A stretch of DNA of 64,000 bases from an uncultured Haloferula sp. Lineage in GTDB: Bacteria > Verrucomicrobiota > Verrucomicrobiia > Verrucomicrobiales > Akkermansiaceae. Location: the NCBI GenBank assembly GCA_965652295.1, contig CBFGTS010000006.1, positions 32,001-96,000 of the forward strand, in the 5' to 3' direction. Of this stretch, positions 12,292 to 20,476 are shown piece by piece (the stretch's first letter is position 1; every line of letters starts with the position of its first letter). The position numbers and the translations under genes are program-made. The notes below the pieces were generated by a model, which ran no database searches, was not told the origin of the DNA, and saw only the letters and a program-made list of their open reading frames with translations.

Positions 12292-12840
12292 TCAACCCCC
12301 GTTCCGCACCGCCGCCATCAGCCGGTCCACCACCCCGCCCTCGTGGTCGGGTTGACTGGAAGGCGTCACGCCCCGGACCACCCGCTCGCGTGGAAAACCC
12401 AGCCAGCCATCGAGTTGATCGGCGTCGAAGCCGGGATTCCGGTCCGAACCGTGATACTGAAGACCGAACGGCCGATCGAGCAGCTCGAAACCCTCGCGGC
12501 GGACGCTTTCACCCAGAACCATCAACCGATCCCAACCCGCCTGGAGCCGATCCGGCTCGACATCCATCACGAACAGCACGGCGTCCGCCTCGCGGACCGC
12601 GAGATCATAGGCAGCCGGATGATCCTCCTCCACCAGTCCGCGCAGCAGGCAGGGAACGCCGCGATCATCGCTCCAGCCGACGCGGGCGACGAGAATCCCG
12701 CCGATCCGCGTCATTTCCGGGGGGGCTCCGCTGCGCCGCGCCGCCGCAGCCGCCAACATCTCGCTGACGACCCCCGGATGAGTACCGAAAACGGCGACCC
12801 GAATGGGGCCGCCGTCGGCGCGCTGCGGAGTCGCGTTCAT
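12292..12840 (-). CDS. Degenerate MglA-like small GTPase
   Basis: ADAVLFVMD...LGESVRREGFELLDRPFGLQYHGSD resembles MglA VDGVVFVAD...NLAEQGYDLNKIPYVIQYNKRD (recalled); P-loop GKT and NKxD are absent. Confidence 0.65.
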   Translation of the reverse strand: MNATPQRADGGPIRVAVFGTHPGVVSEMLAAAAARRSGAPPEMTRIGGILVARVGWSDDRGVPCLLRGLVEEDHPAAYDLAVREADAVLFVMDVEPDRLQAGWDRLMVLGESVRREGFELLDRPFGLQYHGSDRNPGFDADQLDGWLGFPRERVVRGVTPSSQPDHEGGVVDRLMAAVRNGG

Positions 12841-12862
12841 CAAAATAACAGCCGGGCAGCGA

Positions 12863-13681
12863 TCAGCTCATCCGGCTCAGTTCACGTGCAACGATCATGA
12901 GCGTTTCACGAACGCCCGGAGCGAAGCCGCCATCGGTTTGCACGGCCAGGAGGACGTCGCCCTCCCGCACGAATTCGACCGGCGAATTGCCGCAGTAAAG
13001 CTTCACCTGACCATCACCGAAGCCGATGCTGGAAAGAACGCGTTTGATGGCATCGATGGCACCGGTGTCGGACGAAGCCACACGGGCGAGCTGACGGATG
13101 CCTGGAAGAGAACGCGAGCGTTGCAGGATCTCGCCTTCGTTGAGCTCGCGATCCACCCCGAAAATGGCGCGCAACTCCAGCTGCCGGATGCCGGCGGATT
13201 CCGAGGGGTAGGTCGGAGCTGCAGCTTGGGCAGGGACGGGTTCCTCCTTGGGAGCAGGAGCGGGAGCCGGCGCGGATTCCGCTTTCGGTTGCTCGGCCGG
13301 GTGGCCGAAAGGACTGGCGGCACCGGCCTTGCGTGGTTCCTCCACCACAGCCTGGCCGAAGGGCGAGGAGGACTCCGCCGGTTTGGCGGGTGTCCCGAAG
13401 GGAGACGCGGATGCCGGGGTGGGCTCGGCGGCAAAAGGGGATGCGGAGGACGCCGGGACACCGAAGGGCGAAACGGGCTTCGACTCCGGCGAGACCCCGA
13501 ACGGGCTGGCAGGAGGAGCAGGAGCCCGGCCTTCGCCGGCCACGGCGAAGGGAGAACTGGGAGCCCCGGAGCCGGAATCTCCGGCAAATGGGTTATTCGG
13601 CGTCTCGTCGGTCGCGAACGGGCTCTTGGGAGGAGTGGCAAAGCCTTCTTGGGGCTCGAAAATACCTTTGTTGTTGCTCAT
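12863..13681 (-). CDS. Pro/Ala/Ser-rich protein with nine [SN]PF[AG] repeats and a compact C-terminal domain (possibly roadblock/MglB-like)
   Basis: Low-complexity N-terminus; ~110 aa alpha/beta C-terminus; 22 nt upstream of the MglA-like gene. Confidence 0.7.
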   Translation of the reverse strand: MSNNKGIFEPQEGFATPPKSPFATDETPNNPFAGDSGSGAPSSPFAVAGEGRAPAPPASPFGVSPESKPVSPFGVPASSASPFAAEPTPASASPFGTPAKPAESSSPFGQAVVEEPRKAGAASPFGHPAEQPKAESAPAPAPAPKEEPVPAQAAAPTYPSESAGIRQLELRAIFGVDRELNEGEILQRSRSLPGIRQLARVASSDTGAIDAIKRVLSSIGFGDGQVKLYCGNSPVEFVREGDVLLAVQTDGGFAPGVRETLMIVARELSRMS

Positions 13682-13704
13682 GGTTCAGCTGGAGTTCGAC
13701 CGGG

Positions 13705-13710
13705 ATTATA
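13705..13710 (-). promoter_or_regulatory. Putative -10 box (TATAAT) for the SPF-repeat/MglA-like pair
   Basis: Perfect TATAAT on the minus strand, 23 nt upstream of ATG 13681, in GC-rich DNA; no clear -35. Confidence 0.4.
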
Positions 13711-13787
13711 GAGAGCCGCCGCCGGTGCGGAATGGCGTCATCGTGTTGTGTTGATTAAGAAAAGTCGAGCATTCAATCCTGCAACTC

Positions 13788-14330
13788 CTAATCCAAGAGC
13801 CGCTTCAGCTTACCCTTGAGCCGGACCTTCGCCGCAGGCGAAACACGGTCGATGAACAGCACGCCATTGAGGTGATCCGTTTCATGCTGGATCGCCCGTG
13901 CCAGCAAACCGTCGGTTTCCACGACCAGCTCGCTGCCATCAAGCTGCGGCAGCCGCGCCTTGACCTCGGCGGGCCGGCTGACATCAGCCCTGATGTCGGC
14001 GATACTGAGGCAGCCTTCGGTGTCCTTCTCCTTGCGAGTGCCGAACTCCAGCTCCGGATTGATGAATACCAGCGGCATGATGTCTTCCAACTTCGCTTCC
14101 TCACCATTCACGCGAAGATAGGTGATGCAATCCGGATCATGGGATACATCGATCACCGCGAGCCGGATCGGCACGCCGATCTGGGGCGCTGCCAAGCCGA
14201 CGCCGTGAGCGTCGTGCATCGTTTCCAGCATCGAATCCACCAGCGCCTTCAGCTTGTCGTCCACCTTCTCCACCGGCGCACAGCGGTCGCGCAGGACCGG
14301 ATGACCGTATTGTACGATTTCCAAAATCAT
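13788..14330 (-). CDS. def: Peptide deformylase
   Basis: GVGLAAPQIG, EGCLS, QHETDHLNG. Confidence 0.96.
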   Translation of the reverse strand: MILEIVQYGHPVLRDRCAPVEKVDDKLKALVDSMLETMHDAHGVGLAAPQIGVPIRLAVIDVSHDPDCITYLRVNGEEAKLEDIMPLVFINPELEFGTRKEKDTEGCLSIADIRADVSRPAEVKARLPQLDGSELVVETDGLLARAIQHETDHLNGVLFIDRVSPAAKVRLKGKLKRLLD

Positions 14331-14758
14331 TCTTCGTTTTCGACCGGCAGTTCCGTCCGGACCGGAACGTCCTTAATATCCAGTCCGGCCTTGGTCAACG
14401 CATCGCGGATGCCGAAAAGCTGCTCCAGAGAGACGCCCTTGTCGGCCTCGAGTTCGAGCTTCCGACCGGGGTTTTTTTTCACGAATGCCTGCAAGTAGGC
14501 GTCGAGCAGCGCGATGTCCGGCACGATCAACTCGTCGAGCCGCACGGTGCCCTCGGCGGTCACCGCCAGCACCGAGCGCTCGTCGGCCACCAGATCGGCG
14601 GGTACCTCGTGCGAGGTCGGGAGTTGGATCTGCACGACCGGGCGCTTGGTTTTGAATTCGGAGGAGACGATGAAGAAAATCAGCACGATGAACAGGATGT
14701 CGATCATCGAGACGATCGGCAGCTGGCGCGCACGGGGTGCTGGTTTTTCGAAAATCAT
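14327..14758 (-). CDS. ExbD/TolR family protein
   Basis: IVSMIDILFIVLIFFIVS TM helix with conserved Asp; LEADK; 4-nt overlap with def; ATG 14758. Confidence 0.9.
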   Translation of the reverse strand: MIFEKPAPRARQLPIVSMIDILFIVLIFFIVSSEFKTKRPVVQIQLPTSHEVPADLVADERSVLAVTAEGTVRLDELIVPDIALLDAYLQAFVKKNPGRKLELEADKGVSLEQLFGIRDALTKAGLDIKDVPVRTELPVENEE

Positions 14759-14763
14759 CGGCT

Positions 14764-15450
14764 TCAGGCATCGCGGACCACGCCGGGGCGCGGCGTGCGT
14801 TCGCAGACGTGGGCGAGCTGGGTGAGCAGCACTTCCAGCCGCGCGGCGAAGGTTTCGATCTTCCGCGAGAAATACCCCTGGGCGATGATCGCCGGCACCG
14901 CGATGGCCATGCCGACGATGGTCGTCTTCAGCGCCCGGCCGATGCCCGCGGAGATGGCAAGCCAATCGGCATCCGACTGGAGGCCGGAAAACACCAACAC
15001 CAGCCCGGAGGCGGTGCCCAGCAGGCCGAGCAACGGAGCGACGCTGATCACCACATCGATCACGGTCATTCCCGCTTGGAGCCGCACGATTTCCGCCCGG
15101 GCCATCGATTGCACCGCTTCGGCGATCTCCGACTGCGCGCGGCCGCGGTGACGGATGACTTCCGAACAAAGGCGGGCGAGCGTACTTTCGCCGCGCTCGA
15201 ATTCCTCGAGGATCGGCTCGACCTGCTCGGTGCGGACGACGTCCTCGAAGCGGGCGATCTTCGAAGCCAGCGAGTCCGGCAAAATCCGGGCCTTCGACAG
15301 CGAAAGAAACTTGAAGAGAATGGCGGCGAGAGCGACCACCGAAGTAATCGCCAGCAGCACCATGAAGGTGCCACCCTCGTCGAAGAACTCGGAAACCAGC
15401 GACACCACTCCGTCGTCGGTCTGCGCCAGGATCATCGTTACCGTCAGCAT
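14764..15450 (-). CDS. MotA/TolQ/ExbB proton channel family protein
   Basis: APLLGLLGT...GIGRALKTTIVGMAIAVPA. Confidence 0.92.
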   Translation of the reverse strand: MLTVTMILAQTDDGVVSLVSEFFDEGGTFMVLLAITSVVALAAILFKFLSLSKARILPDSLASKIARFEDVVRTEQVEPILEEFERGESTLARLCSEVIRHRGRAQSEIAEAVQSMARAEIVRLQAGMTVIDVVISVAPLLGLLGTASGLVLVFSGLQSDADWLAISAGIGRALKTTIVGMAIAVPAIIAQGYFSRKIETFAARLEVLLTQLAHVCERTPRPGVVRDA

Positions 15451-15467
15451 GCGCAGCTCACTCGAAC

Positions 15468-16568
15468 CTAAAAGATGAAGTTGTAAAGCAGTTCCAGCGG
15501 CTCGCCGTTCAGCTCGCGACGGACTTCCTCGGGCATCGGCGGCAGCTCGGCGTCACGGATCGAGGAAAAGGTGAATCCGCGCTGGATGGTGGTCACGCCG
15601 ACCTCGTCGACCATGCCCACGGAGCGAACCGCGCCCTTGCCATCCAGCACCACCTGGACACGCAGCACACCGGGCGTGATGAAATCGCGGTTCTTCACCG
15701 CCGCACGTTGCCAACTCTTCTCGATCGCCCGGCTCAGGGCGGCGTGGTAGCGCCCGAGCGGGCCCGAATTGACGTCGAGCGCGGGTCGGCCGGAGCGGGA
15801 GATCGCCCCGCTCAACCGGACCCGCTGCTGGTTCCCGCGAAATCCCGGAGCGTCTTCTGCCGGCGGCTTCGGCTTGGGCTTCACCTCCTCGCGCGGCACC
15901 TCGGCGATTTTCTCCTTGGGCATCTCCTCGGCCTCCATCCTTTCCTCCGCCTGCCGGGCTTCCCGGGCGGCCACATCCACCGGATCCGGCCCCGCGGCGA
16001 GTCGTTCGGCTGATCGTTCCGGCGAGGCCGCAACGGGTGCCGCGGCTTCCGAGGGTTCCAGATCCTCCGGGGCCGGTGCCTCCATCGGAGCTGGCTCGGC
16101 GAGGGCTTCGGCGGTCTCCTGATGGGCCAGATCGCCGTCCTGATAATCACTCCGCGTTGTCTCGATTTCCTGCGCGCGGGGTTCGGGGCCCTCCTGGCTG
16201 GCCAATAACGGGTTCGCCCGGGGATCAGCCGGCAGATCGCCCGCCGCACGTGTGTCGTGCTCCCCGATGAAAGCCGCATTCTCCGGAGCCGGACCGGCCT
16301 GTTCCGGGTTGGTTCTCGTAAAACGCCGCGGCGGAGCCGGTTCGGGCGAGGCCGTCCGGGCCTGCGGCACCACCGGGATCAGGATCAACGGGGCCTCAGC
16401 CTCCGGCACCACCGGAGCGGCCGGCGGTGGCGGCGGCGTGATCCATTGCTGGATCACCGCGATCACGAAGAACGCCAATGCCACCAGATGGACGAGCAGC
16501 GCCATCAAGGCGGAGGCCATCCACAGGCCCGCGTCCCGGGGGTTTCGCGCTACGATCGCCGGATTCAT
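15468..16568 (-). CDS. TonB/TolA-like energy transducer
   Basis: N-terminal TM with His (ALLVHLVAL), Pro/Glu-rich linker, TonB-C-like end (VQVVLDGKGAV...LPPMP); upstream of exbB/exbD. Confidence 0.75.
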   Translation of the reverse strand: MNPAIVARNPRDAGLWMASALMALLVHLVALAFFVIAVIQQWITPPPPPAAPVVPEAEAPLILIPVVPQARTASPEPAPPRRFTRTNPEQAGPAPENAAFIGEHDTRAAGDLPADPRANPLLASQEGPEPRAQEIETTRSDYQDGDLAHQETAEALAEPAPMEAPAPEDLEPSEAAAPVAASPERSAERLAAGPDPVDVAAREARQAEERMEAEEMPKEKIAEVPREEVKPKPKPPAEDAPGFRGNQQRVRLSGAISRSGRPALDVNSGPLGRYHAALSRAIEKSWQRAAVKNRDFITPGVLRVQVVLDGKGAVRSVGMVDEVGVTTIQRGFTFSSIRDAELPPMPEEVRRELNGEPLELLYNFIF

Positions 16569-16620
16569 GAGACGCCGGGAAGAATCGATCCAAGCCCGCC
16601 TGCTTGCAACGCCTCAATTT

Positions 16621-17955
16621 TCACCGCCGCCCGCGCGCCAGCTTCCAGCATTCGGTGAAGCCGCTGGCGAAATCCTCCGGTCGCGATTCCACCCAGGCAT
16701 CGATTTCCTCCGCCGGCAGCCACAACACCGCGTCCACTTCCGCGCAGGGAAACACAGGCCTGCCCTCCCAGCGGACCTGGTACAGCACCACGTGCTCCCA
16801 GCCGGTTTCCTCGCAGGGCGCGATTTTCCCCACCTCCCGGGGCTCCACCTCCGTGATCCCCATCTCCTCCTCCATCTCCCGCACGGCTGCGGAAAGGTAG
16901 TCTTCGCCGGCATCGAGATGCCCGGCGGCGCTCGAATCCCACACCCCCGGATGCTTGTCCTTCAGCAGCGAACGCCGTTGCAGCAGCAGCTCGCCGCGGC
17001 GGTTGATCGCGAAAATGTGGACCGCCCGGTGCAGCAGGTCCTGCTCGTGAACCTCCTTGCGCGTCGCCTGGCCGATGACCTCGTCGGCCTCGTTCACCAC
17101 GTCGAAAATCTCGTCATCCTTCTGCGGGATGTCGGCCAGCGGGTGCTCATCGTAGCAGCGGGAAAGCGCGATCCACTGCCGCAGATCCAGCTCCTCCGCA
17201 CGTGCGCTTTCGGCCACGCCGAGCTTCGCCGCGACCTCTTCCCACGGTGGCGATTCCGGGAGGTGTTTGCGCACCTGCTTGCGGCGTTGGGAAAACCCGC
17301 GGCGCACGAGTTCATCGAACCTCCGTGCGTCGAACGCCCCCAATCCGCCAGCAATCGGCTCCAGCACCGCCACCGAAGAATCAATCTGCGGCCGCGGATG
17401 AAACGCATCCGGCGGCACCGTCATCACCGAGCGCACCTGCCACTCGCTGCTCACCCGCAGCGTCAGGACCCCGTATTCCTTCGTCCGCGGCGGCGCGCCC
17501 AGGCGATCGATCACCTCTTTCTGAAGCATGATCACCGCCCGCGAGAACGGGAACGGCCGGGTGAGGAAATTCTTCAGAATCGCTCCGCCCGAAGAATAGG
17601 GCAGGTTGCCCAGAAACTTCACCGGCCGGTATTTCCACAGCACCCGCGGGTCGAAGCGCGCGCCGTCCTCGTGATGCACCTCCACCTCCGGATGATCCGC
17701 GAAACGCTCTTTCAAATAAGCCGCCAGCCGCGAGTCGAACTCGATCAGCACCAGCCGCCTCACCCGGCCCACCAACCATTCCGTCAGCGCGCCGGTCCCG
17801 GGGCCGACCTCCACGATCGTATCCTCCGGCTGCGGGTCGAGTTGGTCGCCGATCCATTTGGCCACATCCGCATCGCACAGGAAATTCTGACCCAGCTGGC
17901 GGTTCGGGCGCACCCCCGCCCCTTCAAGTACATCACGAATTTCCTTGCCGGTCAC
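16621..17955 (-). CDS. rsmA: 16S rRNA adenine dimethyltransferase RsmA fused to a C-terminal Nudix hydrolase
   Basis: LGQNFL, VEVGPGTGALT, GNLPY, MLQKEV; then Nudix box GHLDAGEDYLSAAVREMEEEMGI. Confidence 0.92.
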   Translation of the reverse strand: MTGKEIRDVLEGAGVRPNRQLGQNFLCDADVAKWIGDQLDPQPEDTIVEVGPGTGALTEWLVGRVRRLVLIEFDSRLAAYLKERFADHPEVEVHHEDGARFDPRVLWKYRPVKFLGNLPYSSGGAILKNFLTRPFPFSRAVIMLQKEVIDRLGAPPRTKEYGVLTLRVSSEWQVRSVMTVPPDAFHPRPQIDSSVAVLEPIAGGLGAFDARRFDELVRRGFSQRRKQVRKHLPESPPWEEVAAKLGVAESARAEELDLRQWIALSRCYDEHPLADIPQKDDEIFDVVNEADEVIGQATRKEVHEQDLLHRAVHIFAINRRGELLLQRRSLLKDKHPGVWDSSAAGHLDAGEDYLSAAVREMEEEMGITEVEPREVGKIAPCEETGWEHVVLYQVRWEGRPVFPCAEVDAVLWLPAEEIDAWVESRPEDFASGFTECWKLARGRR

Positions 17956-18160
17956 ACGGACATCCCATGCGGCCCGCCCGGTTCCGGCAAGCGGTCATCC
18001 ACCACTCCGGCCGGAAATTTTTCCTCCGGAAAGTTTGAACGACGCGCCACCGCAGGGGTCTTACCCCATTGAAAACCGCGCTTGCGCAGTTTTCATGTAA
18101 GGGTGAACAGCAGTTGTCAGTCCACCGTGCCCTCCGGGGCTGGAGGATGGGCAACTCTCC

Positions 18161-18200
18161 GCCGCCAGGGAGTGGGTGCTCCCTGGCGGCAACTTTTTTT
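18161..18200 (+). terminator. Perfect 12-bp hairpin followed by AAC and T7 (orphan terminator-like or REP-derived)
   Basis: gccgccagggag-tgggtg-ctccctggcggc-aac-ttttttt. Confidence 0.5.
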
Positions 18201-18442
18201 GAAGTGCCTGCCTCCGATTTGCCGAGGCGTTGAACGCCCGCTCAGGGAGGCATCGGAGCTTGCGCAGCCCTCGGACGGATGGACATCCCGCCACCCCATC
18301 CCTTCCGTCCTGAAAATCCCGTCCTTCCAGCCCTCATTCTCCCGGTAGCCCTCCTCCGCAATCACCCGCCGACATAAGGGTTGATGCCCCGCCCGCGGCT
18401 CCCTTTACTTTCCGCCCGCGCGCAAAGACGCGCCTCTTTCGC

Positions 18443-20107
18443 ATGATCGAAAACATCCGCAAATACACCGGACTGCTCGTGGTCGTCATCGTCCTCCTGC
18501 TCCTCGGGTTCATCCTCATGGACACCCGGAATTTCTTCGACCGCTCGGTCGGCGGAGGAGCCACGGTGGTGACCGTCGATGGCGTCGGCTACAGCCAGGC
18601 CGACCTCATCAACCGCGGCTCCGCCCCGCTGCGTCTGGCCTCGGCGCTCCGCAGCTTCGATGTCAATGGGCTGGAGATCATGCGCTTCGCCAACACCCTC
18701 GTCGGCTCCGCCGAGAAGGAGGAAAACGCGGAGATCAACTTCTTCGCCGGCCGCCAGATCCTCCGGCAGGCCGCGGAGGACTTCGGCATCCACCCCTCGG
18801 AGGATGAGGTGAACGAGTTCATCCGCTCGCTTTCCGCCTTCCAGGAACGCCCGCCGATCGGTGCCGCACCCGGCACCACCGGCGAATTCTCCCAGGACCA
18901 ATACAACACCTTCGCCCAGAAACAGCTCCAATACATGGGACTCAGCGAGAAAGACTTCCGCGACCTGGTCCGGGACGTCATCGCCTTCCGCGAGCTGCGC
19001 TCGATCGTCGGCGGCGGCCTTACCGGCAGCCGTCAGGTCGCCGAAGCCATGGCGGTCGTGAACGCGCAGAAAGTCGGCGTGGACGTCGCCTCGATCGATA
19101 TCGCCAAGCTGAAGGAAACCATCCAGCCGACCGAAGAAGAACTGAAAGCCTACTGGGAGCCGCTCAAGGAAGCCTACCAGACCGAGCAGCGCATTAAGGT
19201 CAGCTACGCGATCGTCAGCCCGAAGTATCCCGAGGAACTCGCAGGCGAACCCGCGAAAGCGCCCGAGGGCGAAACCGACGAGCAACGCAAGGAACGCGAA
19301 GCCGCGGAAACCAAGCGCCAAGAGGACCGCAAGCAGGTCGAAAAGCAGCTCGCCGAGGCCGTCAGCCAGTTCAATGACGCGGTCGATGCTTCCGAGGGCG
19401 CGGACTTCGAAAAGCTCGCCAAGGAAAACGAATGGGAACTCGAAACCACCGAGTGGGTCACCCGCTCCACCCTTCCCGAGGATCTCAAGATTTCGACCCG
19501 TGGCGTGTCTGCTTCGAAAACGATCGCCGATGAACTCTTCAGCCTGAGCATGGGACCCGATCCCCTCGCTCCCTTCCCGCTGCCGCTGCCGGTCGGGGAG
19601 AACCAGTGGTTCATCGCCCGCCTCGATGCCATCGAGGAGCCCCGCGAGAAAACCTTTGAGGAAGCCAAGGACGAGGTCACCGAAGGCTACATCGCCAAAA
19701 TGGCCGGCGAAGCCGCACAGAAACTGGTCGAGGAGAAGCTCGCCGCGATGAAGAAGGACATCGAAGCCGGCAAAACCTTCGCCGAGGCCGCCGAGGCCCA
19801 GGGCCTTGAGGCGAAATCCTACGAGCCTTTCGCCGTGTCCGACACGCTCGATGACGAGCCCGCCGCCCGCGAGATCTTTACCCAGGCCGCGACCGTGAAA
19901 CCCGGCGAATTCGCCGAGCCGCTGTTCCTCGACGACCGCGCCCTGATCATCCGCGTCAACACCCGCGAGGTCGTGAAGGACGACAACCGCGGCGCGCAGG
20001 TCGACAACAACGCCTCGAATCTGGAAGTGCAGAACGAAAACGCCGCCTTCCAAGCCTGGCTCACCGACCGCATTGAGGAGGCTGGCATCACCACGCCGAA
20101 CAACTGA
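18443..20107 (+). CDS. Membrane-anchored periplasmic chaperone, SurA-N/PpiD-like
   Basis: MIENIRKY plus TM anchor; GIHPSEDEV; FEKLAKE; KTFEEAKDEV patterns typical of PpiD-like proteins. Confidence 0.75.
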   Translation: MIENIRKYTGLLVVVIVLLLLGFILMDTRNFFDRSVGGGATVVTVDGVGYSQADLINRGSAPLRLASALRSFDVNGLEIMRFANTLVGSAEKEENAEINFFAGRQILRQAAEDFGIHPSEDEVNEFIRSLSAFQERPPIGAAPGTTGEFSQDQYNTFAQKQLQYMGLSEKDFRDLVRDVIAFRELRSIVGGGLTGSRQVAEAMAVVNAQKVGVDVASIDIAKLKETIQPTEEELKAYWEPLKEAYQTEQRIKVSYAIVSPKYPEELAGEPAKAPEGETDEQRKEREAAETKRQEDRKQVEKQLAEAVSQFNDAVDASEGADFEKLAKENEWELETTEWVTRSTLPEDLKISTRGVSASKTIADELFSLSMGPDPLAPFPLPLPVGENQWFIARLDAIEEPREKTFEEAKDEVTEGYIAKMAGEAAQKLVEEKLAAMKKDIEAGKTFAEAAEAQGLEAKSYEPFAVSDTLDDEPAAREIFTQAATVKPGEFAEPLFLDDRALIIRVNTREVVKDDNRGAQVDNNASNLEVQNENAAFQAWLTDRIEEAGITTPNN

Positions 20108-20109
20108 AC

Positions 20110-20448
20110 ATGGTCGACCGCGACGAGCTCTTCGATGAAGCCAACGGCCACCTCGCTCTTGGCGAGCTCGACGAGGCCGCGTCGCTCTACCGCCGTTGCC
20201 TTGAAGCCGACCCCGAGTTTTTCGACGGCTGGCACGCCCTCGGCATGGCCCTGCTGAAGCTCGGCCAGACCAAGGAAGCCATCGGCTGCGGCCTCAAGGC
20301 CGTCACCCTCCGCCCCAACGACCTCCTCGCCTGGACCGGCCTTTCCCAGATGTATGTCCGGGATGGCAACATCCCCGAAGCCGAGTCCGCCAAAGCCAAC
20401 GCCCGCATCCTTTCCCTCGGCGGAAAAGTCGATCGCTCCGCTCCCTGA
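20110..20448 (+). CDS. Small TPR protein
   Basis: Three TPR-like repeats (DPEFFDGWHALGMAL, PNDLLAWTGLS). Confidence 0.85.
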   Translation: MVDRDELFDEANGHLALGELDEAASLYRRCLEADPEFFDGWHALGMALLKLGQTKEAIGCGLKAVTLRPNDLLAWTGLSQMYVRDGNIPEAESAKANARILSLGGKVDRSAP

Positions 20449-20476
20449 CTTTCGCCTGATCACGTCCCACTTCCGC

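Noticed and set aside
10554..12767. 737-aa plus-strand ORF
   Set aside because: Antisense shadow of hrpA and the mglA-like gene
14759..15169. Long N-terminal extension of exbD in the ORF track
   Set aside because: Overlaps exbB in another frame; ATG 14758 gives a normal-sized ExbD
18120..18200. Possible tRNA or SRP RNA
   Set aside because: No cloverleaf, TTCGA T-loop, CCA end or SRP core motif recognised
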